A stretch of 52,024 nucleotides of DNA from a virus. Lineage: Duplodnaviria; Caudoviricetes. Of the stretch, positions 20,406 through 30,454 are shown in pieces. The DNA lies in IMG/VR virus record IMGVR_UViG_3300017913_001692, positions 1-52,024 of that record. One strand, written 5' to 3'. Below the pieces are notes generated by a model, which worked only from the letters and a program-made list of their open reading frames with translations, did no database searches and was not told the origin of the DNA. The translations under genes were made by a program, and so were the position numbers. How positions within the stretch are numbered: position 1 is the stretch's first letter; the number at the start of each line of letters is the position of its first letter.

Positions 20406-21179
20406 ATGCTTATACCAAGATATTTAGTCAATAACAAAATTACTCTTGTCGCAAACGGCGAGGGTTTCGTAACGGAGTATAGACCAGTGTACCAAAAACA
20501 ATTAGAAGTATTTAAAGGCATTGACAACACATTAGAGTTTCGTGTTTTAAATGCAGATCAAAAACCATTAGACATTCAAAACTACACACCTAAGTTTGTA
20601 GCATTTGATGAAAACAATAAACTTGTAATAGAACATGATGGAGTTGTGTTAGATGACAGTTCAGATACTAGAGGCAAGTTCAAAGTTACAATTACGGAAA
20701 ATGATTTATTAAATGTTCCGTCACAGTTTTTGACTTACAATACATACTTGGTAGACAGCAACAATGCAAAAACACTGACATACGCATACTCACATTTTGA
20801 CGCAAACGGTATAATAAAAGTAAGCAAAGATGCTTTTCCTGCACCAGCAGAAAGTGCAAGTGTAACAACATTCACAGAAACTGAAGATGATGTTTGGACT
20901 ACAGAAGGTATCAACGCAGAACCTGCTATTAATGGCAATGAAGCCTTGCATACTGCTGCATTCTATACAGATAGCTTTGTAGGCGATGTTACAATACAAG
21001 CAACGTTAGACAATCAATTATCTAGCACAAACAACTGGGCAGATGTTGCAACAGTTACATTCACAGGCACTGAAACTGACCCTACGCCACAAAATTACAC
21101 AGGTGTGTTCAGTTACATACGTTTCAAAACAACCACTGACCCAGCAAGTAAAATAACAAAAATATTGGTTAGAAACTAG
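20406..21179 (+). CDS. probable virion structural protein (beta-rich)
   Basis: TAAATA motif 5 nt before ATG 20406; Thr/Asp-rich; function inferred. Confidence 0.55.
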   Translation: MLIPRYLVNNKITLVANGEGFVTEYRPVYQKQLEVFKGIDNTLEFRVLNADQKPLDIQNYTPKFVAFDENNKLVIEHDGVVLDDSSDTRGKFKVTITENDLLNVPSQFLTYNTYLVDSNNAKTLTYAYSHFDANGIIKVSKDAFPAPAESASVTTFTETEDDVWTTEGINAEPAINGNEALHTAAFYTDSFVGDVTIQATLDNQLSSTNNWADVATVTFTGTETDPTPQNYTGVFSYIRFKTTTDPASKITKILVRN

Positions 21180-21208
21180 TTGACAAACTAGACGAGTTAC
21201 GCTATACT
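21180..21208 (+). promoter_or_regulatory. sigma70-type promoter, leaderless configuration
   Basis: TTGACA-17-TATACT, with primase ATG about 6 nt later. Confidence 0.7.
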
Positions 21209-21214
21209 AACAAT

Positions 21215-22219
21215 ATGAGTGTAGTCGTAGAAACAGTTCTGACATTTTTGCCTCCTAAGCGCAAGACAACGCCTAGTGGGTGGACTTCATTCAATGCTCC
21301 GTGTTGCCACCACAATGGTCATACAGCTGACACACGTGGACGTGGAGGCGTCATACAAAATGACGGCGGGATCTCCTATCACTGTTTTAACTGTGGATTC
21401 AAAGCAAGTTGGCAGCCGGGGCGACCATTTTCACATAAGATGCGTAAACTATTACAATGGTTAAACACTCCTGATGATGTTATTAACAAAACAGCATTAG
21501 ACGTTATGCGTGAAAACGAAGGTGTACAAGCACAAGAACGTTCTGTGCTATTGCCAACATTTAATACTGTAAGTTTGCCAGACTCTGCACGTAAATTACA
21601 AGACTGGGCAGATTACTGTGCATTAGAACCAACAGGTGTTGATAAAAATCTAGTTAAGATTTTTGAATACATGAAACAACGTGATTTATATCTCGATGAT
21701 ACTGATTACTATTGGACACCTGAACTTGCATACAGAGACAGATTAATCATTCCTTTTTATTATGAAGGACGTATTGTTGGTTGGACTGCACGTACTGTCA
21801 ACCCTGACAAGAAGTTAAAGTATCTTACAGAAGTACAGCCAGGCTTTGTATATGGATTAGATGAACAACGTCCTAACAAAGTATTTTGTGTTGTAGTTGA
21901 AGGACAAGTAGATGCAATACACGTTGAAGGGTGTGCTTTAGGTGGCAGTGAAATTAATGATGCACAAGCACTTTTACTAAACAGATTACAAAAACAAATT
22001 ATTGTTGTTCCTGACAGAGACAAAGCAGGTAGTAAACTTGTAGAACAAGCAATTGACTACGGATGGACTGTTAGCTTACCAGACTGGAGTCAGGAAATTA
22101 ATGACGTAGGTGATGCTGTTAGTAAATACGGTAGGCTATATGCATTGCATAGTATTGTAACAGCGGCAGAAGAGTCGCCGCTAAAAATTAGATTAAGGGC
22201 TAAGAAATGGTTTGGTTAA
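21215..22219 (+). CDS. DNA primase (gp61-like)
   Basis: Zn-binding APCC...YHCFNCG, RLIIPF, TOPRIM VEGQVDA and PDRDKAG. Confidence 0.88.
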   Translation: MSVVVETVLTFLPPKRKTTPSGWTSFNAPCCHHNGHTADTRGRGGVIQNDGGISYHCFNCGFKASWQPGRPFSHKMRKLLQWLNTPDDVINKTALDVMRENEGVQAQERSVLLPTFNTVSLPDSARKLQDWADYCALEPTGVDKNLVKIFEYMKQRDLYLDDTDYYWTPELAYRDRLIIPFYYEGRIVGWTARTVNPDKKLKYLTEVQPGFVYGLDEQRPNKVFCVVVEGQVDAIHVEGCALGGSEINDAQALLLNRLQKQIIVVPDRDKAGSKLVEQAIDYGWTVSLPDWSQEINDVGDAVSKYGRLYALHSIVTAAEESPLKIRLRAKKWFG

Positions 22220-22317
22220 GAAAAATTTGGCACGTTATTAGATGGCCATATGACGAATATAAGTTACGCAAAAGAATAAAAGAACTAAAAAAACAAGATC
22301 CGTTTATTTACAAGTAG
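22207..22317 (+). CDS. small basic protein, 36 aa (MVWLRKIW...KKQDPFIYK)
   Basis: Hand-translated ORF filling the gap; below the ORF-track cutoff. Confidence 0.55.
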   Translation: MVWLRKIWHVIRWPYDEYKLRKRIKELKKQDPFIYK

Positions 22318-22320
22318 GAG

Positions 22321-22560
22321 GTGTACATGCTAGAACTAACAACCGGAATGTGGAATACATTCAAAAGAATTGCAGGGACAAGCAGTGTGCTTCTTGCAAT
22401 TATATTTTTTATTGGGCATGTGCTAATTGCTATGGCAGTTGTTAAAATTATGACAGGTGCAAGCATATATGAAGCAGGTACAGTTGCACTTGTTGAACCT
22501 GCTATAAACAGCATATGGTTCTACGTGTTACACAAGCTATGGAGCAAATTTAGTGATTAA
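22321..22560 (+). CDS. DUF2061-like small membrane protein
   Basis: Two hydrophobic segments, ALVEPAINSIWFY..H..W; AGGAGG RBS. Confidence 0.6.
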   Translation: MYMLELTTGMWNTFKRIAGTSSVLLAIIFFIGHVLIAMAVVKIMTGASIYEAGTVALVEPAINSIWFYVLHKLWSKFSD

Positions 22561-23515
22561 ATGGGGAATGGTTGGCAACAGTCACGATGCAAGTCTTGCA
22601 GTTTTTGATGACAACAAACTACTGTGGGCTGGCCTTAGCAAAGACTTTAGTAAAATAGATCATGACCCTCATTTCAATTATACAATTATTAACGTAGCCC
22701 TATCTAGTTACGGACCGCCTACAGAAGTGTATTGGTACGAACGTCCATTCTTAAAAACTCTACGTCAATTACGTGCAGGACAGGGTTGGCTTCATAAAGA
22801 AAATAATATACGCAGATATCTTAACAAATGGGATATTACTGCCCCTATTAAATATACCCAACATCATTTGAGTCATGCGGCTTATGCTTACTATACACAG
22901 CCCCATGATAACTGTGCAGTTATATGTTTGGATAGTATTGGTGAATTTGAAACCCTCACCATATGGCACGGCAAGGATGGTAAGTTACGTAAGATTTACA
23001 AGCAAGGGTATCCACATAGCCTAGGACTTTTTTACAGTGCCATGACGCAACGTGTAGGATTACAACCGCAACGTGACGAATACAAAATAGCAGATTGGGC
23101 AAATAAAGGTGACCCTCTGAGATTATATAAATGCATGAATAGAGATCTACTTGGTTGGGGCAGAGGGCTTATGTTTCACACTAAAGAAAATATGCACAGA
23201 GGAATACGGTGGTGGAGACGTGACTTACACACCCAACAGGATATGTACGATATTGCGGCCACTACCCAGATGGTTTTTGAAGAAAACCTACGTGGCCTTA
23301 GTTACAAAGCATTTAATGAAACTGACGCTCATAATCTTGCACTAGCAGGCGGCGGTGCATTAAATAAAAATGGTGTTGATAATATACGCAAAGATTGGGA
23401 AAGCGTATGGGTACCACCTAATCCGGGTGATCCAGGATCGTGTATTGGTGCTGTGTTAGCACACACCAAAACCAGAATCGTTTCGGTTGACAAGGCATGG
23501 TATCAGAAAGTATAA
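22553..23515 (+). CDS. carbamoyltransferase, N-terminal (Kae1-like) domain only
   Basis: SHDAS, HHLSHA, DSIGE, SLGLFY, AGGGALN, PGDPG..IGA; C-terminal domain absent. Confidence 0.8.
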   Translation: MIKWGMVGNSHDASLAVFDDNKLLWAGLSKDFSKIDHDPHFNYTIINVALSSYGPPTEVYWYERPFLKTLRQLRAGQGWLHKENNIRRYLNKWDITAPIKYTQHHLSHAAYAYYTQPHDNCAVICLDSIGEFETLTIWHGKDGKLRKIYKQGYPHSLGLFYSAMTQRVGLQPQRDEYKIADWANKGDPLRLYKCMNRDLLGWGRGLMFHTKENMHRGIRWWRRDLHTQQDMYDIAATTQMVFEENLRGLSYKAFNETDAHNLALAGGGALNKNGVDNIRKDWESVWVPPNPGDPGSCIGAVLAHTKTRIVSVDKAWYQKV

Positions 23516-23647
23516 TAAACAAAAAACTTACAGAACAATTTCCTAAAATGATGGAGATTGTAAACAGTGATAAGTTTACAGACGATGAAAAAAGAAAAGC
23601 AGTGTATGAATATACAGATATACTATGGGAATTAACAAAGGTATTAA

Positions 23648-25075
23648 ATGACAAGACAGAACACTGATTATGGATATGATATACAAAAAGTATATCTTGA
23701 AATGATGATGACAGATGCAGAATCTTTTGTGCGTTGTCAAGCAGTATTTGATCCACAAACATTTGATAGAAGACTACAAGATACTGCAAAGTTTTTAAAT
23801 GATTATGTAACAGAACACAATGCACTGCCTACATTTGATATGATTAACGCCGCAACTGATGGCGACTTGAAACATCCAGGTGAACTAATGGAGAATCACT
23901 ATGATTGGTTGTTGCAAGAATTTGAAACATTTAGTAAACACAAAGCACTAGAGGCAGCTATCCTTAAGAGTGCAGACTTGCTTGAGAAAGGTGAGTATGG
24001 TAGTTGTGAAGACTTAGTCAAGAAGGCTGTACAAATTGGATTACAAAAAGATTTAGGTACAGACTATTGGGCAGATCCTAAGAGCAGACTAGAAGCAATC
24101 AAAGACAAGAACGGACAGGTAAGCACAGGCTGGCCAGCACTTGATAAGAAACTATTTGGTGGATTCAACAGAGGCGAACTGAATATATTCGCAGGTGGTA
24201 GTGGTAGTGGTAAGAGTTTGTTCTTAGCAAACTTAGGTGTGAACTGGGCACTAGCAGGATTGAATGTAATTTATTTGACGTTTGAACTTTCAGAGAACTT
24301 GGTTAGTATGCGTGTAGATAGCATGACTACAGATATTCCAAGCAGAGACATTTTCAAAAGTATTGATGATGTTGAAATGAAAGTTAAGATGATTGGCAAG
24401 AAAGCAGGTGCGTTTCAAGTCAAATATATGCCAACTGGTAAGAACGCAAACGATATTAGAAGTTTCTTAAAAGAATATGAGATTAAAACAGGCAAGAAGG
24501 TAGACGTATTGCTTGTTGACTATTTGGATTTGATGCATCCTATTGCGGCAAAGATTAGTGCAGAAAACTTGTTTGTTAAAGACAAGTATGTGTCTGAAGA
24601 ACTACGTAACTTGGCAATGGAACTTAACACATTGTTTGTAACAGCATCGCAATTGAATAGAAGTTCTGTAGAAGAGATTGAATTTGATCACTCGCATATA
24701 TCGGGTGGTATTAGTAAGATTAACACTGCTGACAACTTGATTGGTATCTTTACAAGTCGTGCTATGCGTGAGCGCGGACGCTATCAGATACAGCTAATGA
24801 AGACTAGAAGTTCAAGTGGTGTTGGACAAAAGATTGACTTAGAGTTTGATGTAGATAGTCTACGTATTCGCGACTTAGGTGAAGACGAAGAATATCAAGA
24901 GTTTCAAAAGCGTAAGAGTACTGTGTTTGATCAAATCAAACGTGGCAACACTATGACGCCTACTGAAACAAGTGAGGATCCGAGCGAAGGTGATACTGTC
25001 GGTAAGATTAAAGCACAAACAGATTCTACTAAGTTGAGATCATTTATCAACAACCTAGGAGGAGATGAAGTATAA
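23648..25075 (+). CDS. replicative DnaB-family helicase (gp41-like)
   Basis: STGW..LD, GGSGSGKS, FELSE, VDYLDL, TASQLNR, KTRSS. Confidence 0.92.
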   Translation: MTRQNTDYGYDIQKVYLEMMMTDAESFVRCQAVFDPQTFDRRLQDTAKFLNDYVTEHNALPTFDMINAATDGDLKHPGELMENHYDWLLQEFETFSKHKALEAAILKSADLLEKGEYGSCEDLVKKAVQIGLQKDLGTDYWADPKSRLEAIKDKNGQVSTGWPALDKKLFGGFNRGELNIFAGGSGSGKSLFLANLGVNWALAGLNVIYLTFELSENLVSMRVDSMTTDIPSRDIFKSIDDVEMKVKMIGKKAGAFQVKYMPTGKNANDIRSFLKEYEIKTGKKVDVLLVDYLDLMHPIAAKISAENLFVKDKYVSEELRNLAMELNTLFVTASQLNRSSVEEIEFDHSHISGGISKINTADNLIGIFTSRAMRERGRYQIQLMKTRSSSGVGQKIDLEFDVDSLRIRDLGEDEEYQEFQKRKSTVFDQIKRGNTMTPTETSEDPSEGDTVGKIKAQTDSTKLRSFINNLGGDEV

Positions 25076-25506
25076 TGTTGATGCAATTACAACCACACAT
25101 CGTAAAAGAGGTGATTGTGGACGATCCTGTTCGTCCGCATATTAGTGCTGAATGGAGAACAAGGGCCGGAAGAGAGGTCTATGGATTATTTGAAGATGAA
25201 TCAGCAGAAACTTTACGTGCGGTTATTTGTGTTGCTTATACAGACGAAGTGCCTACATGTGAACGTGACTTAGGTTGGGTAGGAACATCTTGTGCAGTGT
25301 TTTATACTGTATGGAGTTATGATAAAGGCGCTGGTAGAGAAATAGTAAACAGCGTAGCTGACCATATTAAACTTACAGACCCAGATGTAAAAAGATATGT
25401 AACACTAAGCCCTCTTACAGAAATGGCGAAGAACTTCCATTTGCGCAACGGCGCTAAGTTTATAGGAAAACATACTGACTGTCAAAATTTTGAGTACACA
25501 GTTTAG
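25075..25506 (+). CDS. GNAT-fold protein resembling the malonyl-CoA decarboxylase catalytic core
   Basis: AVFYTVWS..GAG..IV...P.VKRYVTLSP. Confidence 0.5.
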   Translation: MLMQLQPHIVKEVIVDDPVRPHISAEWRTRAGREVYGLFEDESAETLRAVICVAYTDEVPTCERDLGWVGTSCAVFYTVWSYDKGAGREIVNSVADHIKLTDPDVKRYVTLSPLTEMAKNFHLRNGAKFIGKHTDCQNFEYTV

Positions 25507-25560
25507 CCTTGATAAATATCTTGCGTTAGAAATAACGACTAGGCAAGAAAAGAGGCTATT

Positions 25561-27192
25561 ATGGCATATACAGATTTAGAAAACATACAAAGGCTATTGG
25601 ACAGATTTAAAAGGCCTATTCCACTCGGAGACGATTATCAAACTCGTTTAGTTGAAGAATTTGAGCTCATTCTCTCTCAACGTTTCACTGATTACTTCCT
25701 ACAAATTTGTGACATCATAGACTTAACCGAGGACCTCGTACACATGACACGTGGGTCTGCAGGTTCAAGCCTAGTTTGCTATCTATTAGGTATTACTGAT
25801 GTAGATCCTATAGAATGGAAGATACCTGTGGCACGGTTTATGAATCCCTTTAGGGACGACCTACCGGACGTGGATATAGACTTTGAACATCACCGACAGA
25901 CAGAAGTCATGGAAAGGATATTCCGCAAATGGCCAGGTAAAACCGCACGACTATCAAACTATGTTACATACAAAGAAAAGAGTGCAAGGCGCGAGGCTGC
26001 CAAACGCCTCGGTGCCACAGGTAAACTTCCACGCAACTTTACATATGAAAGCGTAGGAGTTGATCCTAAAGAAGCAAAGCGTATTGAACGCAAGCTCATG
26101 GGCAAAAAGCGAGCTATATCAAAACACTGCGGTGGTGTGATAATGTTCGACAGGCAGTTGCCTAAGAGTCTTATAAGTCAAGACAATCAAATATTACTAG
26201 ACAAGCACGAAGTAGAGGACTTGGAACATCTCAAGGTAGACGTGCTTGCCAACAGAGGATTAAGTCAACTGCTTGAAATCGATCCTTATACAGCATTGGC
26301 CGATTATCCCCGCACAGACGCCCGTACAAGCGCCTTGTTAAGTAGAGGTGACGTATTGGGCGTGACCCAAGGAGAAAGCCCTGCTATGCGGCGTTTATTC
26401 AGGGCTATACAGCCAAATAGCGTAGAGGATTGTGTGTTTGCAACAGCACTTGTACGTCCTGTTGCTATGAGTGGCAGACAAAAAGCGGCTATGTTCCAAG
26501 ACTGGTCAACAGAAGCTGTACAGGACACTGTGGTGTTTGAAGATGATGCTATTGATATTATCGCAGATATAATTGACGTAGACATGTACGAAGCAGATAT
26601 GTATAGGAGAGCGTTTGCTAAAAAGAATGATGAAAAGATTATGGAGTTCGTTGAACGTATTGGTCACCACCCTAAGAAACAACAAGCAATGGCTGCACTA
26701 CAGGAACTATCCGGTTTCGGACTATGCAGGGCACACGCTGTTAATCTTGGACGTCTTATATGGGCACTCGCATACCAGAAAGCACACAACCCAAAACAGT
26801 TCTGGCAAGCAAATCTAAAACACTGTGAAGGATCATACCGTTCATGGGTGTATCAGTGTGAAGCACATAGATTAGACATACCTACTAAAAGTGGTTGGTG
26901 GTGGTATGGCTTCCCAAGATCGTTAGGTGTGCGTCAGCAGTGGTTAGACAGGGTAGAGTTTGCAGGTGTTATTGCAAATGGCAGGGTATTCAAAGGACGT
27001 AACGGACGTTGGGTAACGTTCCTTACACTGGGTACAAACTACGGTGAATATATAGATGTAGTAGTGCAAAAGCCCATAAGTTATAGAGATGGTGATATTG
27101 TTGCTGGCTCAGGACGAGTCAAACATCAGAACAATTCCGACTATATAGATGCAAGTACTGTTGATTCTTATACATTTGGAGAATGGAGATAA
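25561..27192 (+). CDS. dnaE: compact DnaE-like family C DNA polymerase (no PHP domain)
   Basis: RGSAGSSLVCYLLGITDVDP, RF.NP.R..LPDVDIDF, SKHCGG, LKVDVL, ALVRP; OB-like C-terminus. Confidence 0.88.
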   Translation: MAYTDLENIQRLLDRFKRPIPLGDDYQTRLVEEFELILSQRFTDYFLQICDIIDLTEDLVHMTRGSAGSSLVCYLLGITDVDPIEWKIPVARFMNPFRDDLPDVDIDFEHHRQTEVMERIFRKWPGKTARLSNYVTYKEKSARREAAKRLGATGKLPRNFTYESVGVDPKEAKRIERKLMGKKRAISKHCGGVIMFDRQLPKSLISQDNQILLDKHEVEDLEHLKVDVLANRGLSQLLEIDPYTALADYPRTDARTSALLSRGDVLGVTQGESPAMRRLFRAIQPNSVEDCVFATALVRPVAMSGRQKAAMFQDWSTEAVQDTVVFEDDAIDIIADIIDVDMYEADMYRRAFAKKNDEKIMEFVERIGHHPKKQQAMAALQELSGFGLCRAHAVNLGRLIWALAYQKAHNPKQFWQANLKHCEGSYRSWVYQCEAHRLDIPTKSGWWWYGFPRSLGVRQQWLDRVEFAGVIANGRVFKGRNGRWVTFLTLGTNYGEYIDVVVQKPISYRDGDIVAGSGRVKHQNNSDYIDASTVDSYTFGEWR

Positions 27193-27828
27193 ATGCACAT
27201 TACACCTATGTTTGCTAACTTTATAGCAGAAGAGATGATTGACGTCAACAATGACGAACTGTTAGAATATATCAAACAACTTGAACACAAACAAAGACAG
27301 CCTGCGTTCAACAACATAACAGATTGGAATTACGAAGGTGGTTGGCAAAGTGGCATACTAGATATGTCAGACCAAGCCATGCAACCATTGTTAGAAATAG
27401 TCAATAACCGTGCTGAAGAAATAAGCAAGATGCTGATGATAAATCAACCTTGCGAAATAGCAAACTGTTGGGTCAACCGTACAGCACCAGTTACACAGCA
27501 GAGCATAGAGCTTGCAAGCTCACCGCCACATGCACATGCAGGATATTACATAGCATTTGTATACTATCCTCAAGCAACTGATCGCAGTGGCAACTTGGTA
27601 ATACTGCCTCCTACAAACACACAGGATATGGCTATACCAAGAACATACATAGAAGAGGACAACATGTATACAGCATCACGTATGCATATACCACCACGCT
27701 CAGGATTGCTTGTAGCATTTCCAGCATGGCTAACACACTATGTGGAACCGAATAGGACTGAAGAGGATAGGATATCCATAGCGATAAACACACGCCTACC
27801 TCATTTGAATAAGGAGTATGATCTATGA
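27193..27828 (+). CDS. 2OG-Fe(II) oxygenase (TIGR02466-like)
   Basis: GGWQS, WVN, PHAH, VYY, FPAWLTHYV.PN..DRISIAIN. Confidence 0.82.
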   Translation: MHITPMFANFIAEEMIDVNNDELLEYIKQLEHKQRQPAFNNITDWNYEGGWQSGILDMSDQAMQPLLEIVNNRAEEISKMLMINQPCEIANCWVNRTAPVTQQSIELASSPPHAHAGYYIAFVYYPQATDRSGNLVILPPTNTQDMAIPRTYIEEDNMYTASRMHIPPRSGLLVAFPAWLTHYVEPNRTEEDRISIAINTRLPHLNKEYDL

Positions 27829-28409
27829 GCTACGAGCTTTATCAACATATCATGACATTCGAAAAGGCAATACCTGATGAAGTGTGTGACGACATAGTAG
27901 CACACTATAACATTCTAAAAGAAAGCAACCTTACACTCAGCAGACGTCAGATGCAAGACGGCACTGAACTAACAAAGAAAGATGAAACAGGCTTTGCACT
28001 AGAACCAGAAGCAATGAGACTAAGCAGTAACCAAAAGTTCCTGCATCCGTTCTTAGACGAGTTTTGGAATCTCTACAACATGTACCAAGATGCACATCCA
28101 CAAATAAAAAATCAACACGAAGTTTACTGTAGGTTCATGCGTATACAAGAAACACATCCAGGCGGCGGCTATCACATATGGCATCACGAAGCAGACACAC
28201 CTGATCATGCTAATCGTATCACAGCATGGGGCCTATATTTGAATGATGTAGAAGGTGGAGGCGAAACAGAATTTTTACATCAACACGTAAGGATACCTGC
28301 TGTAAAAGGCACAATGGTGATATGGCCTGCAGGCTTTACACATCCACACAGAGGCAATCCGCCACTGAGCGGCACCAAGTATCTATTGACAGGATGGACT
28401 GAATTCTAA
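27825..28409 (+). CDS. 2OG-Fe(II) oxygenase (prolyl-hydroxylase-like)
   Basis: GGGYHIWHHE, YLNDVEGGGETEF, WPAGFTHPHRG, KYLLTGW. Confidence 0.88.
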   Translation: MSYELYQHIMTFEKAIPDEVCDDIVAHYNILKESNLTLSRRQMQDGTELTKKDETGFALEPEAMRLSSNQKFLHPFLDEFWNLYNMYQDAHPQIKNQHEVYCRFMRIQETHPGGGYHIWHHEADTPDHANRITAWGLYLNDVEGGGETEFLHQHVRIPAVKGTMVIWPAGFTHPHRGNPPLSGTKYLLTGWTEF

Positions 28410-29887
28410 TGCTACTAGGAATGCGTGTTTGTGAACACGACACTAACTTTGCTCTATGGGACGGAGAACGTGTGCGCTATCACAAAACAGAACGCACACT
28501 CAAACAAAAACATCATGCCCAAGACAACCTATGGGAATGGCAAGAAACTATCAAACGTGTGTTTGGCATATACCCTGACCAACTCAAAGAAATAGCTATA
28601 GCAGTTGATCCGTGGAGACACAAACTGCCAACAGACGAAGAACAGTTCTTTCCTAGCAAACCTTTTCCTTACATAGACGCACCTTGTCCTGTTACTAGGG
28701 TCAATCATCATTGGGCTCATGCACTCAGCACATGGATGATACAACCTCAAACAGATGTACAGATTGTTATAGATGGCTTTGGTGATTATGATGTAGCATG
28801 GAGTGTGTTTCGCAACAATGAACTAGTAGACACAGGTTCAGTAGAACAAGATGGTAGCATAGGACATCTAATGTATTGGGCAGGCACACATCTAGGTGTT
28901 AAAGCGGACCATGCAGAAGATATAGCTGGCAAGCTCATGGGACTACAGAGCTACGGTAGATTGGACCAAACGTATTTAGAATACACTAGACGCTTTGGCA
29001 TGCGTGACCTACACGAACTGTTTGATCTACGCACATGGAACAAACACTTAGATTCAGACGTACTGGCAGGCTTGCGTTCAATTGACTGGATACGCACACT
29101 GCATGAACGTGTGGGAGAACTGTTGGTTGACTTTGTGGGCAAGTATGCACAGCCATATGAAAGCATCAGTTACACAGGTGGTGTAGCACAGAATGTGATA
29201 TGGAACACAGGCATACTACATGCGTTTCCACAGACTGTTATACCTCCACACTGTGCCGACGAAGGTTTGAGCCTAGGCTTGTTGGAGTTCCTACGACAGA
29301 AGCACAACCTAGCACCATTCACACTGCCCGATTTTCCTTATGTACAGACTGATGTAGCACCTGACTCGCAACCAAGCCTAGACACCATACGCAAGACAGC
29401 AGCCGCACTTGCAGACGGACGAGTTGTAGCATGGTACCAAGGCCGTGGAGAAGTTGGACCTAGAGCATTGGGCAACAGAAGCATACTGGCACATCCTGGG
29501 TTAGATCGCTCAAAGATAAACGCAATCAAACGCAGAGAAGGCTATCGTCCGTTCGGCGCAACCATACTAGAAGAACACAAAGACACATTCACAGGCTTGG
29601 TCAACAATCCCTACATGCTGAGTGTTGGACACACTGACAGCACAGACTATCCTGCTGTTACTCACGTAGACGGAACCTGTAGAGCACAAACACTGGGCAC
29701 AGAGAATCCTCTGTTCCGCAGGTTATTAGAAGAGTTTCATCGACTCACAGGCTTACCACTAGTGCTGAACACAAGCCTTAACCTAGCAGGCCAGCCAATT
29801 GCGGCTACACCTGAACAGGCACGTGAACTGTTTGAGACTACAGATATAGATGTACTTGTGATAGGTGATGAATATGAGACTGCCTGA
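28409..29887 (+). CDS. carbamoyltransferase (NodU/CmcH family), two-domain
   Basis: HD, HHWAH, DGFGD, GKLMGL, GGVAQN, E.GPRALGNRS, KRRE.YRPF, HVDGTCR.Q, LNTSLN. Confidence 0.9.
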   Translation: MLLGMRVCEHDTNFALWDGERVRYHKTERTLKQKHHAQDNLWEWQETIKRVFGIYPDQLKEIAIAVDPWRHKLPTDEEQFFPSKPFPYIDAPCPVTRVNHHWAHALSTWMIQPQTDVQIVIDGFGDYDVAWSVFRNNELVDTGSVEQDGSIGHLMYWAGTHLGVKADHAEDIAGKLMGLQSYGRLDQTYLEYTRRFGMRDLHELFDLRTWNKHLDSDVLAGLRSIDWIRTLHERVGELLVDFVGKYAQPYESISYTGGVAQNVIWNTGILHAFPQTVIPPHCADEGLSLGLLEFLRQKHNLAPFTLPDFPYVQTDVAPDSQPSLDTIRKTAAALADGRVVAWYQGRGEVGPRALGNRSILAHPGLDRSKINAIKRREGYRPFGATILEEHKDTFTGLVNNPYMLSVGHTDSTDYPAVTHVDGTCRAQTLGTENPLFRRLLEEFHRLTGLPLVLNTSLNLAGQPIAATPEQARELFETTDIDVLVIGDEYETA

Positions 29888-30452
29888 TTCAGACACACAC
29901 TTCCAAGATATCGAAACCTATCAACAGCGTCAATGGCAAGCAGGAGTTGATGCAACACAGGGACGCAGTGTAGCAGTTGACATAGGCGCACATGTGGGAT
30001 CGTTCACAGTTAGATACGCGGCTGTGTTTGATACTGTGATCGCTATAGAACCCGTAAACACAGAATATCTATTTGACAACATTGCACACCTAGGCAACGT
30101 GATAGTACAGCCTGTGGGCTGTTCAAACACACGCACAACTCTGTATGCACACAATCCTGCTCCAGGCAATTCAGGCGCATGGGAACTACACGCACAACCA
30201 CAGTATGAGTATGATGCACCCATCCGAGTAATACCACTGGACGACATAGAACTACACGCATGTGATCTAATCAAAGTGGACTGCCAAGGACACGAAACAC
30301 AAGTGGTAGAAGGTGCCCAAGCCACAATAGAAAGATTCCGTCCTACACTACAGCTAGAACTGCCAAGTGAACAGCTACAGAAACACCTAGAAGGTCTAGA
30401 CTACTACAGGGCAGTCACCGTAGGCAAGGACTGGATCTACACCAGCAGATAA
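29865..30452 (+). CDS. FkbM-family methyltransferase
   Basis: VDIGAHVG, IEP, DLIKVDCQGHE. Confidence 0.85.
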   Translation: MMNMRLPDSDTHFQDIETYQQRQWQAGVDATQGRSVAVDIGAHVGSFTVRYAAVFDTVIAIEPVNTEYLFDNIAHLGNVIVQPVGCSNTRTTLYAHNPAPGNSGAWELHAQPQYEYDAPIRVIPLDDIELHACDLIKVDCQGHETQVVEGAQATIERFRPTLQLELPSEQLQKHLEGLDYYRAVTVGKDWIYTSR

Positions 30453-30454
30453 CA

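Noticed and set aside
23497-23667. 56 aa ORF between the carbamoyltransferase and helicase genes
   Set aside because: Its start lies inside a TTGACA-18-TATAAT promoter-like sequence and it has no motif; possible but unsupported
19446-27192. Split-intein DnaE
   Set aside because: Both ORFs contain the same PDxDxD motif, so they are not complementary halves, and neither has intein terminal motifs
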